This document shows, piece after piece, positions 28,048-32,000 of a DNA stretch of 32,000 nucleotides. Each line of letters starts with the position of its first letter. Positions within the stretch are counted from its first letter, which is position 1. The notes under the pieces were generated by a model. The model searched no databases and was not told the DNA's origin. It worked only from the letters and a program-made list of their open reading frames with translations. The stretch is from Candidatus Electronema aureum (GTDB lineage Bacteria; Desulfobacterota; Desulfobulbia; Desulfobulbales; Desulfobulbaceae): positions 25,167-57,166 of the forward strand of contig NQJD01000015.1 in assembly GCA_004284765.1 (NCBI GenBank), in the 5' to 3' direction. A program made the position numbers and the translations under genes.

Positions 28048-29292
28048 ATGAAGCATTCAGGAACAATTTTCACTGTCAGAACTAAGGCATTTCGATCATT
28101 TCGTGATGAAACGGCATTTGAGATTCGCCCCCTGACCTTGCTGTACGGTTTCAATCAGGCTGGCAAAAGCACGTTATTACGATTGCTTCCACTACTTGCT
28201 GAATCCATTCAGCCTCATGCAGGGCCGCTTGCTTTAAGCTGTCCTGCCGTAGGAGGAGCAAGTTTGAAGGAAATGGGATGGCTTGGAAAAAATCCAAATA
28301 TGTCACCAAAGATCACCATTGAGGCTTCCTGTCTTCCTTCAAGCCCGAATTTGACTATCCAGTTTACGAATGATAATGGACTGCTCGTCAACCGTCTGAA
28401 AATCGTATCGCATGAAAAAGAGGTTTTTTCTGTTGATTATCAAAAAATGGCATCCCGCAATGGAAAAGAAACCAGAGCAATCTATACTGGAACCTGTAAC
28501 GGCATCGCATGGACTGGAGAATTAAGATTCAACACCATGCTTCCTTCTGGCCTGCCAGAAAATGCTGAAAAGATAGTCAAGGAAATTCATTGTGCAATCA
28601 AATCTCTTGAACGACTTCAATGGCTGCAAGCGAATCGTATTACAGCTCAACCTCATAATGATAGAAATAGTCTTTGCTGCCATTCTGATGGAACCGACTT
28701 GCCCGATCTCCTGAATAACCAAGAAGGGCAGGAACAGCTAAAAAAAATATCTGGATGGCTGCAAGGTCAAGATGGACTGGGCAACGAAATCAGCATCCGG
28801 CCAAATTTTGCCGGTCATTTGGAATTTATTCACGGAGCGCAAGGACGAGAGCAGCTTCCCCTTTTTCTTGCAGGCGAGGGAATCAGGTCTCTTTTGCCAA
28901 TTATAGCCTGCGCCTGCTGGGCTGAAAACAAAAATGAATCTGCTCCCTCAATGCTTGCTGTGGAAGAGATTGAAGCGCATCTTCATCCCACTGTGCAGGT
29001 GGCTCTTTTTGATAGGCTGATTGAAACCGTGCGCACAGGAATTCCAATTGCGCTGGAGACACATTCAGTTTATCTTCTTCGAGCGATGCAACTTGCTGTT
29101 CTTGAAGGAAGGCTTTTGCCTGAAGACATCAGTCTGTACTGGATAGAACAAGCAAAAGACAGCGCAGCTACGGCAAGCAGAATCGAAATCAGACCGGATG
29201 CCACTCTTGTTGGATGGCGGCCAGATATTTTTGAAAAAGAGCAGGAGCTTGCTCATAGAATACTTGATCTTCGCTGGACAGGGAGAAAATGA
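28048..29292 (+). CDS. ABC-type AAA ATPase (AAA_15/AAA_21-like, DUF3696-like C-terminus)
   Basis: SD 'aaggag'. Walker A 'GFNQAGKST', signature-like 'LAGEGIRSLLPII', Walker B/D-loop 'MLAVEEIEAHLHP' and H-loop 'ALETHS'. The C-terminal 'IEIRPDATLVGWRPDIFEKE' resembles the DUF3696 'WP.GFF' tail. Confidence 0.75.
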   Translation: MKHSGTIFTVRTKAFRSFRDETAFEIRPLTLLYGFNQAGKSTLLRLLPLLAESIQPHAGPLALSCPAVGGASLKEMGWLGKNPNMSPKITIEASCLPSSPNLTIQFTNDNGLLVNRLKIVSHEKEVFSVDYQKMASRNGKETRAIYTGTCNGIAWTGELRFNTMLPSGLPENAEKIVKEIHCAIKSLERLQWLQANRITAQPHNDRNSLCCHSDGTDLPDLLNNQEGQEQLKKISGWLQGQDGLGNEISIRPNFAGHLEFIHGAQGREQLPLFLAGEGIRSLLPIIACACWAENKNESAPSMLAVEEIEAHLHPTVQVALFDRLIETVRTGIPIALETHSVYLLRAMQLAVLEGRLLPEDISLYWIEQAKDSAATASRIEIRPDATLVGWRPDIFEKEQELAHRILDLRWTGRK

Positions 29293-30237
29293 ATGATTAT
29301 CTGGCTGCATGACCGTCTATTTGCGAACGATAGGCAAGGAGATTTAGCTCTACTGACACTGCTTCGCAATGCTGCGGCGCGTGGCCACACTCTGATTATC
29401 TCCAATAGTCCAAACTCTCCATTCCACAGGCGCAGCTCTTCATATTTTGAACAATGGATCAGCACCTTTCCTGTTAGACTTGAAGAAGAACTCAAGTTGA
29501 TTCGGCAGCAACTGATGATAGTGTCAGCCAACTCGACAGTGCGCGGAACGGGACGGCTGCTTGTTTCTGCCAGAAAAATCCCTGATGGAATCACAGGCTG
29601 CCAGATTTCTTTAGAGGAAGCGGTGCGGGCGGCAGCGCAGCCTCTTTATGTGCTTGTGGAAAATCAGATCAATGATGCCGCATTTCTCCGTCGTGTGATG
29701 CCGCCGGTTTGGAGCAAGAAGCTGCTGCAATGGGAAAGTGAGGGAAAGTTGCGCTATGAACATAGCGGAGGTATTGATACCATGAGAAATATTGTTATGT
29801 TTTATACACAAGACGACAAGGCAAGGCTGGCTTTTGGTCTGCCTGCGCAGATATGGCAACTCGGTCATTTTATCATTTATGATCATGACGGGAAGAATGC
29901 TGAAAATCCCAGTCAGTCTTCAATGGATTTAAAAAAGATTTGTGTGCAGAACCGCAGCCACCGCCTACTTCGGCGATGTCAGGAAAATTATCTGCCAAAA
30001 GAGGTAATGCTAGCTATAATCGAGAAACGCATCACCGATCCTAATGACCGGATACAACGCAGAATTAAAATTGACCAGCATTGTTCTGGTGGAGATCAAC
30101 GCCATTTCACCAAACTTGACAAGCTGTTCAAAAACGGATTCACCGAGGAAATAGCGTGGGTTGAAGACTGGTTCAAAAATGACGGCTCTTGGCCTGAGAT
30201 GACCGAGTTGGCTGAAAAAATCGCAGCAGCGATGTAA
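29293..30237 (+). CDS. Toprim-like (DUF4435/OLD-type) protein with uncharacterised N-terminal domain
   Basis: It starts immediately after the ATPase stop (TGAATG). Ordered motifs are 'LYVLVENQINDAAFL' (Toprim Glu), 'GGIDTMRN', 'IIYDHDG' (DxD) and 'RRCQENYLPKE' (the ENYL motif seen in DUF4435/OLD C-termini). Confidence 0.5.
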   Translation: MIIWLHDRLFANDRQGDLALLTLLRNAAARGHTLIISNSPNSPFHRRSSSYFEQWISTFPVRLEEELKLIRQQLMIVSANSTVRGTGRLLVSARKIPDGITGCQISLEEAVRAAAQPLYVLVENQINDAAFLRRVMPPVWSKKLLQWESEGKLRYEHSGGIDTMRNIVMFYTQDDKARLAFGLPAQIWQLGHFIIYDHDGKNAENPSQSSMDLKKICVQNRSHRLLRRCQENYLPKEVMLAIIEKRITDPNDRIQRRIKIDQHCSGGDQRHFTKLDKLFKNGFTEEIAWVEDWFKNDGSWPEMTELAEKIAAAM

Positions 30238-30253
30238 TTGAAAGAGGTGTATC

Positions 30254-31867
30254 ATGCCATTTTATGAACGACAGCCGTATATACAGCCTTTACATCAAGT
30301 TGTTAAAGAGGTGATGGAAGGAGAGATACGGGTACCAAGATTTCAGCGACCAGGTACGGAAGAAACATGGAACCCTGAAAGACGAGGAGACCTTCTTGAC
30401 AGTATTTACCGAGGATTTCCTATCGGCACCATACTGCTATGGTCTGCAAATCAGAAGATTCGCACAATGGATGCAGTCGGTGGATTCAAAATACCATCAC
30501 TAAAACAGGAAGATAGTCAGCAAAGATTGCTCCTCGACGGACATCAGCGCCTCTCAACCTTGGTGCAGCTTCTTGGTAGAGCCTTGAAGGAGGAAACGAA
30601 TAATCAGACACCAAAGGAACAGATTGACGAGAAAGAGTGTTGGTTTTTTGAATTGCGGCCAGAAAAAACGGCATCAAGCAGAGACCGATTTATTCTCTTG
30701 AAAAGAGGGAAGGAACCTGACAATACCCACCTGCCGATCAATATAATTTTGAACAGATCAGAATTGAACAAGTGGATTCGCGATCATTCTGGATATTTAA
30801 ATGACAAGATGATTGAAGAAGCAGATACATTGCGTGACAAGATTCGGGAATACAGCATACCGGTTGCAGTACTGGTGACTGATTCTTTGCAGGAGGCAAC
30901 CGAGAGTTTTAAACGGATAAACTCAAGCGGAGTCAGGATGAATGATTTCAATATGTTTTCTGCGCTTTCCTATAACGACGAATTCGATGCTCAAAAAATA
31001 TTTGAAGATTATCGAAGTTTAATGCTTGAACCTATACATTGGCAGAATGTATCTGATTTAGAAATTCTTCGGATTTGTGCTGGTCTTGTTGAAAATCATC
31101 CAGCAACTTTTTTGGTGGAAAAACTATCAAAAGACTTGAAGGATAAAAAAGAAATTATTGAGTTGGCATTTAAGGCGATAGAACGTGCAGCTATTATTCT
31201 AAAAAGGAGCTGCGGCATACATGGCCGAAGGTCTCTTCCTTATGCTTGGCAACTGATTACCATAGCAATTTATCTCGCACATAACGCAGATGAAAATAAA
31301 ATTGATGAAGAAGCGATAGCAAAATGGTTCTGGCTTACAACTTATGGTGAAGTTTTTAATAGCTTCAAAGATAAGACCTATGACAGGAGCCGTGAGGCAC
31401 TTGTGTCGATGATAGCCGGGCGTTCATGGGGGGCGATGGAACGGGATGTCACGAGGAAAGTTGAAATGATCAGTCGTTTCGATTTCCGGGCGGCTCGTTC
31501 CAAAGCCTGCGCCTTGTGTATGGCGCGGCATCAGGATGAAGACGATTTTGAGGGTGATGCTCACAAAGCTTTAGCAGAAGGCGTTGACTCTATGGGAGTC
31601 ATCTGCTCAAAAGGACAACGATCTGTATGGTGGCATTTAGCGATTGCTACCTCTTCTGATTCTTTGATACAATATCGTAATGCCCTTGCCTTAGCTGCAA
31701 AAAATACTGATCAAGAAGAGCATAGTGTCATTTTGAAAAAATTAGGTTTTCCTGATAGCAGCAAAGGAACAGTTAAGGAGCTTCTTGAGGAACGGATGAG
31801 GATGTTAATAGAGAAAGAAAGTGAATTTATTAAAGAGCTGGAGTTAGATGCTTCTGCACTTTCTTAA
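30254..31867 (+). CDS. DUF262 (ParB/GmrSD N-terminal-like) domain protein without recognisable DUF1524/HNH domain
   Basis: 'IRVPRFQRP', 'FPIGTILLW' and 'LLDGHQRLSTL' correspond to the DUF262 signature (QR...W, DGQQR). I could not see a His-Me finger motif in the C-terminal ~300 aa. Confidence 0.75.
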   Translation: MPFYERQPYIQPLHQVVKEVMEGEIRVPRFQRPGTEETWNPERRGDLLDSIYRGFPIGTILLWSANQKIRTMDAVGGFKIPSLKQEDSQQRLLLDGHQRLSTLVQLLGRALKEETNNQTPKEQIDEKECWFFELRPEKTASSRDRFILLKRGKEPDNTHLPINIILNRSELNKWIRDHSGYLNDKMIEEADTLRDKIREYSIPVAVLVTDSLQEATESFKRINSSGVRMNDFNMFSALSYNDEFDAQKIFEDYRSLMLEPIHWQNVSDLEILRICAGLVENHPATFLVEKLSKDLKDKKEIIELAFKAIERAAIILKRSCGIHGRRSLPYAWQLITIAIYLAHNADENKIDEEAIAKWFWLTTYGEVFNSFKDKTYDRSREALVSMIAGRSWGAMERDVTRKVEMISRFDFRAARSKACALCMARHQDEDDFEGDAHKALAEGVDSMGVICSKGQRSVWWHLAIATSSDSLIQYRNALALAAKNTDQEEHSVILKKLGFPDSSKGTVKELLEERMRMLIEKESEFIKELELDASALS

Positions 31868-31876
31868 ACAAAATTT

Positions 31877-32000
31877 GGTAATAGAGATCTGTGAGTGATC
31901 AATGAAATAAAATACAATCGTTGTAGTGATTAATAAATCTCCAAACAGATGCAGTTAAGTTTTCAATGCTTCTCGAAAACGACAATGTCTTCCTGACTAA
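31877..32000 (-). mobile_element. end of an IS1-family insertion sequence (partial, continues beyond the window)
   Basis: On the minus strand the element ends '...TCTCTATTACC' at 31877, sharing the terminal ATTACC (GGTAAT on the plus strand) with E. coli IS1 inverted repeats. The stop codon of the transposase fragment lies inside the IR region, as in IS1. Confidence 0.5.
31899..32000 (-). CDS. IS1-family transposase, C-terminal 33 codons (partial)
   Basis: Reverse translation gives LVRKTLSFSRSIENLTASVWRFINHYNDCILFH*. Compare the E. coli InsB C-terminus '...[28 protein letters not shown]'. Confidence 0.5.
   Translation of the reverse strand, partial: LVRKTLSFSRSIENLTASVWRFINHYNDCILFH

Overview
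This looks like a chromosomal segment of a moderately GC-rich bacterium. The kinase-rich content and a periplasmic haem-c sensor domain hint at a Desulfobacterota-like anaerobe, but taxonomy cannot be settled from this window. I support about 25 protein-coding genes and found no rRNA, tRNA or CRISPR array. Positions 1-10.7 kb carry mixed housekeeping and hypothetical genes: an Sfp-type PPTase, a secreted beta-barrel-like protein, a coupled DUF2868-like/DUF3482-like GTPase pair, a YfcE-like phosphoesterase, efp, a KefF/KefG-like flavoprotein, an HsdR-N-like protein, a TPR protein and an MGS-amidohydrolase fusion. Positions 10.9-22.6 kb form a dense signalling cluster with four histidine kinases, three REC domains and one Hpt domain. 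It includes a four-gene, translationally coupled minus-strand operon: corrinoid-binding protein, URO-D/MtaA-like protein, a kinase with an unusual N-terminal domain, and an REC-kinase. Positions 22.6-25.6 kb encode a bacterial TMEM43/DUF1625 homologue and a secreted beta-helix protein with near-identical in-frame tandem repeats. Positions 25.6-32.0 kb are the most interesting part. A 44-codon duplicate of the 5' end of a ParC-like type IIA topoisomerase A-subunit gene lies upstream of the intact gene, separated from it by an orphan HicB-like mini-gene whose stop overlaps the topoisomerase start. The intact gene is followed by a visibly AT-richer three-gene cassette: ABC-type AAA ATPase, Toprim/DUF4435-like protein and DUF262 protein. 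That cassette ends 9 nt before the terminal inverted repeat of an IS1-family element. I consider the cassette the best candidate for an undescribed anti-phage system, with a PARIS/OLD-like core plus a DUF262 partner. All family assignments rest on motif recognition by eye and need HMM or structure searches to confirm.
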